A DNA stretch of 64,000 nt from Pristiophorus japonicus (Eukaryota), in the NCBI RefSeq assembly GCF_044704955.1, contig NC_091992.1, forward strand, positions 53,196,001 to 53,260,000, in the 5' to 3' direction. Below the pieces are notes generated by a model. That model did not search any database, was not told the DNA's origin, and saw only the letters and a program-made list of their open reading frames with translations. This document shows positions 25,338-36,855 of the stretch, piece by piece; position 1 is the stretch's first letter, and every line of letters begins with the position of its first letter. The position numbers were made by a program, and so were the translations under genes.

Positions 25338-25969
25338 ACTGTTTTTAGCATATTTAAAAGTCTGAAGTGGGGAAAAAAAGTTGTTTTGTTTGATCAAAGT
25401 CAGAAATGATGTTGAGTGTGCAGTGTTGGGGCAAACTAATGGTCAGCAGTTAATACAATAGAAATGCTGTTTGGGGCATTTCGCTTCTTTGCACATGTTA
25501 TCTGTAATTGTCCATGTCCTTTTGCATTTTACACATAATTGGGATAAATTCATGTTATAAAGGGAAGAATCAAATGATTGATGACTTTTAAATGCTTTGA
25601 GCATTGGCTTCTTGCCTTCCATGGTAGAAAGTTCATATTGTTTAGATTCATATTGGTAATTTCTGCTGACAGCATAGTTTTGTCCAGATCTATCTAATTC
25701 ACATCCCCAGCACATGGCAGCTATGATAATATTCCATTGGAAAATAGTCAAAAATTTCAGAACGTAACTGCTGCATAATGGTTGAAGTACCAAATCTACC
25801 ATTGTGCCGAGAGTTCTTTATGATTCACCATAGCTATTTGCACATTATCTGTTGTATAATATGTTTTTGTACTACCATGCTTATTTATTGAATTTTATCT
25901 GCCACTGATTTACCCAATTTGCAATTTTATATAAGATTTTTGCAGATCTCTGGCTAATTTATCTATCTT

Positions 25970-27228
25970 ATCTGGAATTCTCTACCCCAGAGAGCTGTGG
26001 AGGCTGGGTCATTGAATATATTTAAGGTGGAGATAAGACAGATTTTTTAACAATAAGGGAGTCAAAGGTTATGGGGAGCGGGCAGGGAAGTGGAGTTGAG
26101 GCCAAGATCAGATCAGCCGTGGTCTTATTGAATGGCGGAGCAGGCTCGAAGGGGCCATATGGCCTACTCCTGCTCCTATTTCTTATATTCTTATAAACAC
26201 TTCCCCCACCCAAGTTTAGTATCAACTGCAAACTTGACCAGTTTGTATTGGGTGTCTGCATCTAAGACATTAATGCAGATTAGTAACACTACGGGCCCCA
26301 GCACTGCACCTCTGACGCTTTACTCCTGCTCCCATCCTGATGTGACTGTTTTAACAAATACCTGTTGTATTCTTTCCTTCATTCTTTATTGATGCTCAGA
26401 TTTTACCTTAAATTTCAACTATTTTTAGCTTCAGTTATCAGTCTTTCATGAGGAATTTAATCAAAGGTTTTTTTGGAGATCCAAGTACCACATCATATCA
26501 TAATAGTCTAAATGGGGTAGAGGAGCAAACGTTTTTAAGGGTGCAGGTACACAAATCGTTAAAAGTAGCAACACAGGTTAATAAGGCTATAAAAAATGCA
26601 AATAAAGCACAATGCTCATTTCTAGAGGGACAGAATTGAAAAGTTATATTACATTTGTATCGAACCATGGTTAGACCACATTTGAGTTTTTGTGCACAGT
26701 TCTGGTCTCCATATTATAAAAAGGATATTGAAGCACTTGAGAAGGTGCAAAAAAGATTAACAAGGATGATACCACAACTGAAAGGTTATACTTATCAGGA
26801 AAGATTGAACAGGCTGGGGCTTTTTCCTCTAGAAAAGAGAAGGCCGAGGGGTGACCTGAGAGAGATCTTTACGATTATGAAAGGGTTTAATAGAGTAGAC
26901 CTAGAGAAGATCTTTCCACTTCTGGAGGAGACCAAAACTAGGTGCCATTAGATACAAGATAGTCACTAATCCAATACGGAATTCAGCAGAAAACTACTTA
27001 CCTAACATGGTTAGAATGCAGAACTCGCTACCTCAAGGAGTAGCTGAGGTGAATAGTAAAGATGCGTTTAAGGGGAAGCTAGATAAACATATGAGGGAGA
27101 AAGGAATAGAAGGATAAGTTGATAGGGTTAGATGAAGTAGGGTGGGAAGAGGCTAGTGTGGAGCATAAACACCGGAATGGTCCAGTTGGGCCAAATGGCC
27201 TTTTTCTGTACATTCCATGTAATTTTAT
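25970..27228 (+). mobile_element. Cluster of CR1 3' fragments
   Basis: 3' UTR with GGCCTACTCCTGCTCCTATTTCTTAT at about 26160-26190, and ORF 26655-26951 (VRPHL..CAQFWSPY..RLGLFPLEKRR). Confidence 0.8.
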
Positions 27229-27958
27229 GTCATGGTTTTTCCCTATCCACTTGATGTCACAAAATCATAGAATGGTTACAGCACAGAAGGAGGCCATTTG
27301 GCCCGTTGAGCCAATACCAGCTCTCTGCAAGAGCACTTCAGCTAGTCACACTCCCCTGCCTTTTCCCCATAGCCCTGCAATTTTTTTTCCTTCAGGTACT
27401 TATCCAATTCCCTTTTTGAAAGCCACAATTGAATCTTCCTCCACCACTCTTTCAGGCAGTGCATTCCAGATCCTAACTACTAACTGCGTAAAAAAGTTTT
27501 TCCTCAAGTTGTCTTTTGTTCTTCTGCCAATCTCCTTAAATCTGTGTACTCTGGTTCTTGACCTTGCCGCCAACGGGAACAGTTTCTCTCTACTCTGTCC
27601 AGACCTATCATGATTTTGAATACCTCTATTAAATCTCCTCTCAACCTTCTCTGCGCTAAGGAGAAAAACCCCAGCTTCTCCAGGCTCTCCACGTAGCTGG
27701 AAGTCCCTCATCCCTGGAACCATTCTTGTAAATCTTTTCTGCACCCTCTCTCAGGCCTTCACATTCTTCCTAAAGTGCGGTGCCCAAAATTGGACACAAT
27801 ACTCGTTGAGGCCGAACCAGTGTTTTATAAAACTTCCTCATAGCTTCCTTGCTTTTGTACTCTATACCTCTATTTATGAAGCCCAGGATCCTGTAGGCTT
27901 TTTTAACCGCTTTCTCAACCTGTCCTGCCACCTTAAACAATTTGTGCATGTCTCTCTG

Positions 27959-28168
27959 TGTTATATATGTAAACTTGTATTTACTCTGTATGACCACCAT
28001 AGGGCTTATCCCCTGGAGTCCCAAGGGATCCCATAATCCCTTGGGAGCACAGGTATTTAAGGAGGCTTCACAGGTTGGAGAGGTACTCTGGAGACCTACA
28101 ATAAAAGACTACGGTCACACTTTACTTTGAGCTCACAGTGTTCAGTCTGACTTTCTCCATACACAACA
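27959..28168 (+). repeat. Gypsy 5' LTR, 210 bp
   Basis: TGTTAT...ACAACA ends, TATTTAA box and AATAAA; direct repeat of 32243-32454. Confidence 0.95.
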
Positions 28169-28201
28169 ACTGGCGACGAGATACAGATAGCGAACCCAAA
28201 G

Positions 28202-29050
28202 ATGCAGAGAACAGTGGGCATCCTGGAGAAATTCTCGGAGGGAGATGATTGGGAAATTTTGGGGGAGAGCCTCGACCAACAAGCTAGATGGGGAAGAGAA
28301 CGCTGCCAAATGAAGGGCAATCCTCCTCACCGTCTGTGGGGCACCAACGTATTGCCTCATGAAGAATCTGCTCGCTCCAGTGAAACCCACGGAGAACTCG
28401 TACGACGATTTGGGCACATTGGTCCGAGAGCATTTGAACCCGAAGGAAAGCGTTGTGATGGCGAGGTACCGGTTCTACACCTACAAACAGTCTGATGGTC
28501 AGGAAGTGGCGAGATATGTGACCAAGCTAAGACACCTTGCAGGCTATTGCGAATTTGAAGGACATTTGGAGCACATGCTGAGAGACTTTTTCATACTTGG
28601 CATTGGCCACGAAATCATACTTCGCAAACTTTTGACTGTAGAGACCCCAACCTTGAGTAAGGCCATAGCGATAGCCCAGGCGTTCATTGCCACCAGTGAC
28701 CATACGAAGCAAATCTCTCAGCACACAAGTGATGTTGTTTTCGAATCGTAACGTACAGGGCAGGTCACACATACCTGCAGCTACATGTCCGCAAATGTCT
28801 GAGTCCACCATCAAGGGTGATGAATGAAAGGCCATTAACACCTTGTTGGCGCAGCGGGCGTGATCATCGTTTCCATTCATGCCCATTTAGAGTACATTTG
28901 CAAGGGCTGTGGAACAATGGGACACCTCCAACGAGTGTGCAGGTGAGCTGCAAAGCCTGTTCAACCTGAAAACCACCATGTTGCAGAGGAGGACAGATCC
29001 ACGGAGGATCACTACGAACCAGAGCCTCAGATCGAGGAGGCAGAGGTACA
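28202..29050 (+). pseudogene. Gypsy gag, frameshifted
   Basis: ORFs 28202-28495 and 28359-28751 (ARYRFYT..Q..GQEVARY..LR.LA..CEF..LRDFF), with decayed CCHC knuckles at about 28843-28940. Confidence 0.85.
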
Positions 29051-29054
29051 TGGA

Positions 29055-32000
29055 GTGCATACATTCACCACGAATTGTCCCCCGATAATGCTGAATGTTG
29101 AACTAAATGGACTCCCGGTGTCAATGGAGCTGGACACGGGCGCGAGCCAGTCCATCATGGGCAAAAAGACTTTTGATAAATTGTGGTGCAGCAAAGTCTC
29201 AAGGCCAGTCTTAACTCCAGTTCGCACGAAACTAAGAACTTACACGAAAGAACTGATTCCTGTAATCAGCAGTGCTACCGTAAAGGTCTCCTATGATGGA
29301 GCAGTGCACAAGCTACCACTCTGGGTGGTACCGGGCGATGGTCCCACGCTGCTCGGCAGGAGCTGGCTAGGAAAGATACGCTGGATCTGGGACGATGTCC
29401 GGGCGCTATCGCCCACTGACGACACTTCGTGTGCCCAGGTCTTAAATAAATTTCCTTTGCTGTTCGAACCAGGCATCGGGAAATTCCAAGGAGCAAACGT
29501 GCAGATCCACCTAATTCTGGGGGCGTGACCCATCCATCACAAGGCGAGAGCAGTACTGTACATGATGAGAGAAATGGTAGAGATCGAGCTAGACCAGCTG
29601 CAAAGAGAGGGCATCATTTTCCCAATCGAGTTCAATGAGTGGGCCAGTCCTATCGTCCCAGTCCTCAAGGGAGATGGCACAGTCAGAATCTGTGGCGATT
29701 ACAAAATAACTATCAATCGTTTCTCTCTACAGGACCAATACCCACTACCAAAAGCCGACGACCTCTTTGCAACGCTGGCAGGAGGAAAGACGTTCACGAA
29801 GCTGGATCTGACTTCAGCCTACATGACGCTGGAACTGGGGGAATCATCGAAGGCCCTCACCTGCATCAACACGCACAAAGGTCTTTTTGTTTATAATAGA
29901 TGCCCGTTTGGAATCCGGTCGGAGGCGACGATATTCCAGAGAAATATGGAAAGCTTACTGAAGTCGGTCCCACACACACTGGTCTTCCAGGACGACATCT
30001 TGGTCACAGGTCGGAACACAGTCGAGCATCTGCAGAACCCGGAAGAGTTTCTTAGCCGACTCAACCGCGTGGGGCTCAGGTTAAAATGCTCGAAGTGCAT
30101 TTTCCTGGTGCCTGAAGTGGAGTTGCTGGGAAGGAGGATTGCGGCGGACGGCATCAGGCCCACCAACGTGAAGATGGAGGCAATCGAGAACGCACCGAGG
30201 ACACAGAACGTGACAGAGCTGCGGTCGTTTCTGGGACTCCTGAACTACTTTGGTAACTTCTTACCGGGTCTCAACACACTGTTAGAACCATTGCATGTCT
30301 TACTACGAAAAGGGGATGAATGGGTTTGGGGCAAAAGCCAAGAAAATGCCTTTGTAAAAGCGAGAAAATTGTTATGATCAAACAAATTCCTTGTGTTGTA
30401 TGATCCATGTAAGCGTTTGGTACTTCCATGTGATGCGTCGTCATATGGCATCGGGTGTGTATTGCAACAAGCTACTGATTTCGGGAAACTGCAACCGGTT
30501 GCTTATGCATCCAGGAGTCTGTCTAAGGCTGAGAGAGCCTACAGCATGATTGAGAAAGAAGCGTTAGCATGTGTCTATGGGGTAAAGAAAATGCATCAAT
30601 ACCTGTTTGGACTAAAATTCGAATTGAAAACTGACCACAAGCCACTTATATCCCTCTTCTCCCAGAGTAAAGGGATAAATACCAACGCATCGGCCCGCAT
30701 CCAGAGATGGGCGCTCACATTGTCCGCATACAACGACTCCATCCGCCACAGGCCAGGCACAGAAAACTGCGCCGATGCTCTCAGTAGGCTGCCATTGCCC
30801 ACCACGCGGGTGGAAATGGCGCAGCCCGCATATCTAGCCATGGTTATGGAAGCATTTGAGAGTGAGCAATCACCCGTCACTGCCCGGCAGATCAAAACCT
30901 GGACAAGCCAGGACCCCTTATTATCTCTAGTCAAAAGCTGTATGCTTCACGGGAGCTGGTCCAGTGTCACAGTGGAAATGCAGGAAGAAATAAAGCCGTT
31001 CCAGCGGCACAAAGGTGAAATGTCTATACAGGCAGACTGCCTTCTGTTGTGCAATCGAATAGTGATCCCCAAGAAGGGCAAAGACACCTTCATCAATGAC
31101 CTGCACAGTACCCACCCAGGCATCGTAATGATGAAAGCGATAGCCAGATACCATGTGTGGTGGCCCGGTATCGATGCGGACTTGGAGTCCTGCGTGCACA
31201 GATGTAATACATGCTCGCAGTTAAGCAATGTACCCAGGAAGGCGCTGCTAAGTTTATGGTCTTGGCCCTCCAAACCGTGGTCTAGGGTACACGTCGACTA
31301 TGCAGAGCCGTTCTTGGGTAAAATGTTCCTTGTGGTTGTAGACGCGTACTCCAAGTGGATTGAATGTGAGATAATGTCGGCTAGCACGTCCGCTGCCACT
31401 ACTGAAAGCCTGCGGGCCATGTTTGCATTTCACGGCTTACCCGATGTCCTGGTGAGCGACGACGGGCCATGTTTTACCAGTGCTGAGTTCAAAGAATTCA
31501 TGACCCATAACGGGATCAAACATGTCACATCTGCTCTGTTTAAACCAGCGTCCAGTGGTCAGGCAGAGAGCAGTGCAAACCATCAAGCAAGGCTTGGAGA
31601 GGGTAACTGAAGGCTCATTGCAGACTCGACTATCCCGAGTCCTGCTTAGCTACCGCACGAGACCACACTCACTCACTGGGATCCCACCTGCTGAACTGCT
31701 CATAAAAAGAGCACTTAAGACAAGGCTCTCGTTAGTTCACCCTGATCTACATGAACAGGTAGAGAGCAGGCGACTTCAACAAATGTGTCACATGAGTTTG
31801 AAATCAATGATCCTGTATTTGTATTAAATTATGGACAAGGTCCCAGGTGGCCTCCCGGCACTGTCGTGGCCAAAGAGGGGAGCAGGGTGTTTCGGATCAA
31901 ACTTTCAAATGGACTCGTTCACCGGAAACACTTGGACTAAATCAAACTCAGATTCACGGACTATCCTGAGCAACCCACCTTGGACCCTACCTTTTTGAAC
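29055..32000 (+). pseudogene. Gypsy pol (protease, RT, RNase H, integrase) with stops and frameshifts
   Basis: Protease LDTGAS and LLGRSW; RT WASPIVPV, RICGDYK, PFG and FQDDILV; RNase H DASSYGIG, EKEALA and TDHKPL; integrase HSTH..C..C, VHVDY, VDAYSKW and VSDDG. Confidence 0.95.
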
Positions 32001-32242
32001 CCCCAACATACACACCAGTGACAACCGGCACCATGGTTGACCATGAAGCAGAACCCATCATCCACAGCAGCCTAGCAGGGCCCAATACACCAGGCAGCCC
32101 AGCTGCACAGCGAGGGCCCAACAAATGATTCAACAACACCAGTTTTCACACCGAGACGATCAACCAGGGCAAGAAGGGCCCCATATCGACTCACATTGTA
32201 AATAGCTACACTATTGACTTTGGGGGTGGGCGGGGGCGGGAG

Positions 32243-32454
32243 TGTTATATATGTAATCTTGTATTTACTCTGTACTGCCACCAGAGGGCTCATCCCCTGG
32301 AGTCCCAAGGGATCCCATAATCCCTTGGGAGCACAGGTATTTAAAGAGGCTTTACAGGTTGGAGAGGCACTCTGGAGACCTGCAATAAAAGACTACGGTC
32401 ACACTTTACTTTGAGCTCACAGTGTTCAGTCTGACTCTTTCTCCATACACAACA
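32243..32454 (+). repeat. Gypsy 3' LTR, 212 bp
   Basis: Follows the PPT. By eye it differs from the 5' LTR by about 10 substitutions and one 2-bp indel. Confidence 0.95.
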
Positions 32455-32720
32455 CTCTGTTCATGTCCCCCTTTAGAATTGTACCCTCCTCATTCTTCCT
32501 ACCAAATTGTATCACTTCGTACTTTTCAGTGTTAAATTTCACCTGCCACATGTCTGCCCATTCCACCAGCCTATCTGTCTTCTTGAAGTCCATCACTATC
32601 TTCCTCACTGTTCACTATACATTCAAGTTTTGTGTCAACTGCAAAGTTTGAAATTGTGCTCTGTACACCCAAGTCTAAGTCATTAATATATATCAAGAAA
32701 AGCAGTGGTCCTAGTACCAA

Positions 32721-33913
32721 CCTATATTTGGACTTTCAGAAGGCATTTGACAAGATGCCACATAAAAGATTACTGCACAAGATAAAAGTTCACGGGGTTG
32801 GGTGTAATATATTAGCATGGATAGAGGATTGGCTAACTAACAGAGAACAGAGAGTAGGGATAAATGGTTCATTCTCTGGTTGGCAACCAGTAACTAGTGG
32901 GGTGCCGCAAAGGGGTTCAGTGCTTGGACCCCAACTATTTACAATCTATATTAATGACTTGGAAGAGGGGACTGAGTGTAACGTTGCCAAGTTTGCTTTT
33001 CCTCCCATCTTTGTATTGTCAACAATGTGTGAGGAGGACACACAAAATCTGCAAAAGGACATAGACAGGCTAAGTGAGTGGGCAAAAATTTGGCAGATGG
33101 AGTATAATGTTGGAAAGTGTGAGGTCATGCACTTTGGCAGAAAAAAAATCAAAGAGCAAGTTATTATTTAAATGGAGAAAGATTGCAAAGTGCTGCAGTA
33201 CAGCGGGACCTGTGTATACTTGTGCATGAAACACAAAAGGATAGTATGCAGGTACAGCAAGTGATCAGAAAGGCCAATGGTATCTTGGCCTTTATTGCAA
33301 AGGGAATGGAGTATAAAGACAGGGAGGTTTTGCTACAGCTATAGTATTGGTGAGGCCACACCTGGAATACTGCATGCAGTTTTGGTTTCCATATTTATGA
33401 AAGGATATACCTGCTTTGGAGGCAGTTCAGAGAAGGTTCACTAGTTTGATTCTGGGGATGAGGGAGTTGACTTATGAGGAAAGGTTGAGTAGGTTGGGCC
33501 TCTTCTCATTGGAATTCAGAAGAATGAGAGGTGATCTTATCGAAACGTATAAGATTATGAGGGGGCTTGACAAGGTGGATACAGAGGGGGTGTTTCCACT
33601 GATGGGAGAGACGAGAATCAGAGGGCATAATCTTAGAAAAGGGGCCACCCATTTAAAACAGAGATGAGGAGAAATTTCTTCTCTCAGAGGGTTGTAAATT
33701 TCTGGAATTTGCTGCCTCAGAGAACTGTGGAAGCCTGGACATTGAATAAATTTAAAAAAGAATAGATAGTTTCTTAAACGATAAGGGGTTATGGGGAGCG
33801 GGCAGGGAAGTGGAGCTGTGTCCATGATCAGATCAGCCATGATCTTATTGAATGTCGGAGCAGGCTCGAGGGGCCGTATGGCCTACTCCTGTTCCTATTT
33901 CTTATGTTCTTAT
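32721..33913 (+). mobile_element. CR1 LINE 3' fragment inserted into the minus-strand host CR1
   Basis: ORF 32632-33171 (YLDFQKAFDK, SGVPQ, GSVLGPQLF) and ORF 33416-33667; tail TTCTTATGTTCTTAT. Confidence 0.9.
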
Positions 33914-34404
33914 AACCCCTGGGGAACACCGCTGTATACCTTTCTCCAGTCCAAAAAACAAACTACTCTGTTTCCTATCACTTAGCCAATTTCGTATCCC
34001 TGCTGCCACCATCCTTTTTATTCCATGGGCTTCAACTTTGCTGGCAAGCCTATTATGTGGCACTTTATCAAAATTCTTTTGGAATTCCATGGACACCACA
34101 TTAATCACATTGCCCTCATCAACCCTCTGTTACCTCATCAAAAAACTCAATCATGTTAGATAAACACGATTTGCCTGTCACTTCCTCAGACAAGGCAAGA
34201 TTTGTCAGGCAGGATCTTCCCTTTCTAAAGCCATGTTGCTTTGCATTTATTCGATTATTCTCATGCAGATACATCTCGGGTTTTCTTCAAGTGATTGATT
34301 CCATTATTTTATCAGTTATCGATGTTAAACCAATGGGTATGTCATTGCTTGCATTAGATTTATCTCTTTATATAAATATAGGAATTACATTAGCTGCATT
34401 GGTA

Positions 34405-34828
34405 TCAGCTGTAGCACTTTCACCTGAGGCAGAATCTGGTGGGTTCAAGTTCCACTCCAGAATGTTGAGCACAAAATCTAGGCTAACACTCGAGTGCAGT
34501 ACTGAGGGCTGCACAGTCAGAGGTGCCATCTTTCAGATGAGATGTTAAACCGAGGACGCCATGTCTGCCCTCTTGGGTGAATGTAAGAGATCTCATCGCA
34601 CTATTGAAAAAAGAGCAGGAGAATGCTCCCTGGTGTCCTGGACAATACTTATCTCTCAACGAACACCTAAAAATATATTATCTGGTCATTATTTTGTTGC
34701 TGTTTGTGGGACCTTGCTGTGCACTACATACAATGCTTACACTTCAAGAAGTACATCATTGGCTGTAAAGCACTTTGAGATGTCCTGAGGTTGTGAAAAA
34801 TGCACTATAAATGCAAGTTCTTTTCTTT
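34405..34828 (+). mobile_element. Deu-domain (SacSINE1/AmnSINE1-like) SINE, near full length
   Basis: B-box-like GGGTTCAAGTTCC, central GGTGCCATCTTTCAGATGAGATGTTAAACCGAGG, and tail CTATAAATGCAAGTTCTTTTCTTT. The family name is from recall. Confidence 0.7.
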
Positions 34829-35077
34829 ATATTTGAAGACATGTCTTCAATTTAAAGTTGTCACCAGGAAAGTGAGGAGAAAGCATGTCTTTTAATGCTT
34901 TGCCACAGGGAGGGGTCGTAGCAGCGATCGTTGCTCCTTTTAAGGAAAAATTGGATAAATATTTGAAGTAGAGAACAATACATGGTTATGAGGAGAGAGC
35001 GGAGCAATGGGATTAGATTTGGATTGCTCCAGCGATGTGCAAGTACATACATGATGGGCAATTGGCCTCCCTGTTCT

Positions 35078-35278
35078 GTCCAGTCGTCTTGGATCCCTTT
35101 GCCACTGGACCAAGACCTTGCTCGTCAAGCCCGTGTGGTGTGCAACGGCCACCCCACCTTAAAAGAATTCACGCACAGGCATCTTCCATCATTTAAAAAG
35201 AGTTCATCAGTCACCTGAGTACTCATTTTTAGTGTGGAATGAAGTCATCCTTGATCCCGAGGGACTGTCTATGATGAT
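35078..35278 (+). mobile_element. RTE-tailed non-autonomous element, 5'-truncated copy
   Basis: Matches the 41945-42190 segment and ends GAGGGACTGTCTATGATGA. Confidence 0.75.
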
Positions 35279-36169
35279 TGATTAATCTTCTATGGTTCTC
35301 AGTCAGGCAACATTTTCATTATTACTATTGAATTTCCTATAGCATTACGTATGTCAGATGACTGCTGGTTTATAACAACAGTTATATAATCTGCTGCTAA
35401 GGTAGAGTTCGCTTTGTGTTTTGTCCCTTTCGGGCCACAGTCTAATTACTGTAAATCCTGAGGTCAATTAAAGGCTGATTGCTGTTCATGAGAGAAAATT
35501 AAAAATTATAGATACTTTCAAATGTTCAGAATGATTGATTTGAAAGATTATTATTTGCAGATTTCAATCGCATCAATGAAAACTCAAAATGATGTGAATT
35601 TCTGTGCTTCTAGATCTCCATATTGGCAAATAAGTTTGAAAACAAATTTTCATTGAGATAATACCCAAGAACAGTACAATCTAACCAGGGGAATGGGTGG
35701 GTGTGGGCACTCCTTTTTCACTTCTGAGACTAGTTAATGTTCTCTGCTGCAGAACAATTAACCCTTTTTCTCCGCAGAGGCTGACTGAGTTTGTAACATT
35801 TTGTGATTTTTGTTTCAGATTTCCAGCATTTGCTGTTCATCCTTTCTATTTGCAGTGCTAAAGTGACTACGTTGACTAAACTGGACTTTGAAACGCTGGC
35901 TCTTTGATTGTAAAGGTAAAGTTCTCCGCTGTTCCTCAAGTATCTTGCACAAATATAGGAAATGCTGATTGCAAGATGAAGTAGTCGTGGCATCGTTGCT
36001 TGGAACTGTTGATATCCCAATTAACAGTGAACTGCAGGGATTTTTAACCAATACTGTTGCTTAAGTGCAGTATTTTAAGATGCATTTTTCGTAACTAAGG
36101 TTTAAATTTGCGGCAGTAGTGATGTCATTCCTTCTTGTAAACTTAACCCCAGTGAAACACAAAATTGAT

Positions 36170-36290
36170 TTATCGTGACGTCTGCAGTATCCAACTGCTG
36201 TCGGGTAGATTCTTTCCGCCGATTGGTGCTGAGGTTATTAATATTTAAATTGAAGGCTGGAGCAGGCCAATGAGTGAGATTGGGCAGTTG
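36170..36290 (+). promoter_or_regulatory. Candidate BCKDK proximal promoter (CRE-like site plus three CCAAT boxes)
   Basis: TGACGTC at 36176-36182, ATTGG at 36222-36226, CCAAT at 36267-36271 and ATTGG at 36279-36283. The region is CpG-enriched and lies 300-400 bp upstream of the BCKDK ATG. Confidence 0.5.
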
Positions 36291-36579
36291 TTGTTTGTCC
36301 TTGGGGACAGCGGCAGCAGTCGGCTTGCTGCATGACTGAAACGCACAAGCAGATACTCCAAGCTGGCGTTTGGCTCTCAGCTGCAAGATGGATATGGATC
36401 GCAAGGGCTGTTGGGCTGACCCAAGTAGGCAAAGTTGCCTGGAAAGCAAAGATCTAATGTGTCTGTTAATGGACTAAAACCAATAATAGGAAAGGGGTAA
36501 ACCGACATCGGAAGGGTGAAAAAGGCAACAACAAAAAAGAGAGGGTTGCGTGCAGCCAGCAGGCTACTCCAAGGTGGAA

Positions 36580-36855
36580 ATGATGGCCAACAGATCAGGA
36601 GGTCGAGCAGCCGTGCTGACCGTATTGTATGCCAGGGGTGGAGGATCCAGACTGTATCCACTCAGATTGCATCCATTCCCCGTTTCTCCCGTTCTCGGCG
36701 CCGCTGCAACCCCGCTGAGTCCTGCAGGCGGGTTCACCTCGAAGAGGTGGAGGTCCACTTCCTCCATGACAGGCTATTCTGAACTAGCCAGGGAACGATC
36801 TAAAACTGTCACCTCTTTCTACAATCAATCTGCGATTGATGCAGCAGCTGAAAAG
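36580..36855 (+). CDS. BCKDK: BCKDK first coding exon (mitochondrial presequence ... [35 protein letters not shown])
   Basis: [23 protein letters not shown] matches recalled human BCKDK. ATGATGG at 36580 (start could be 36583) and donor AAG|GTCAAG, phase 0. Confidence 0.93.

Larger units (their letters stand above)
27959..32454 (+). mobile_element. Full-length decayed Ty3/Gypsy LTR retrotransposon, ~4.5 kb
   Basis: LTRs at 27959-28168 and 32243-32454 with TG...CA ends; 5-bp TSD CTCTG on both sides; PBS TGGCGACGAG at 28171; G-rich PPT at 32222-32242; domain order gag-PR-RT-RH-IN. Confidence 0.97.
27265..34180 (-). mobile_element. Host CR1 LINE split by a Gypsy element and a second CR1 (pieces 27265-27958, 32460-32720, 33914-34180)
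   Basis: RT peptides in minus ORFs 27400-27744, 27770-28024, 32426-32608 and 33902-34108 are collinear once the insertions are removed. Confidence 0.8.
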
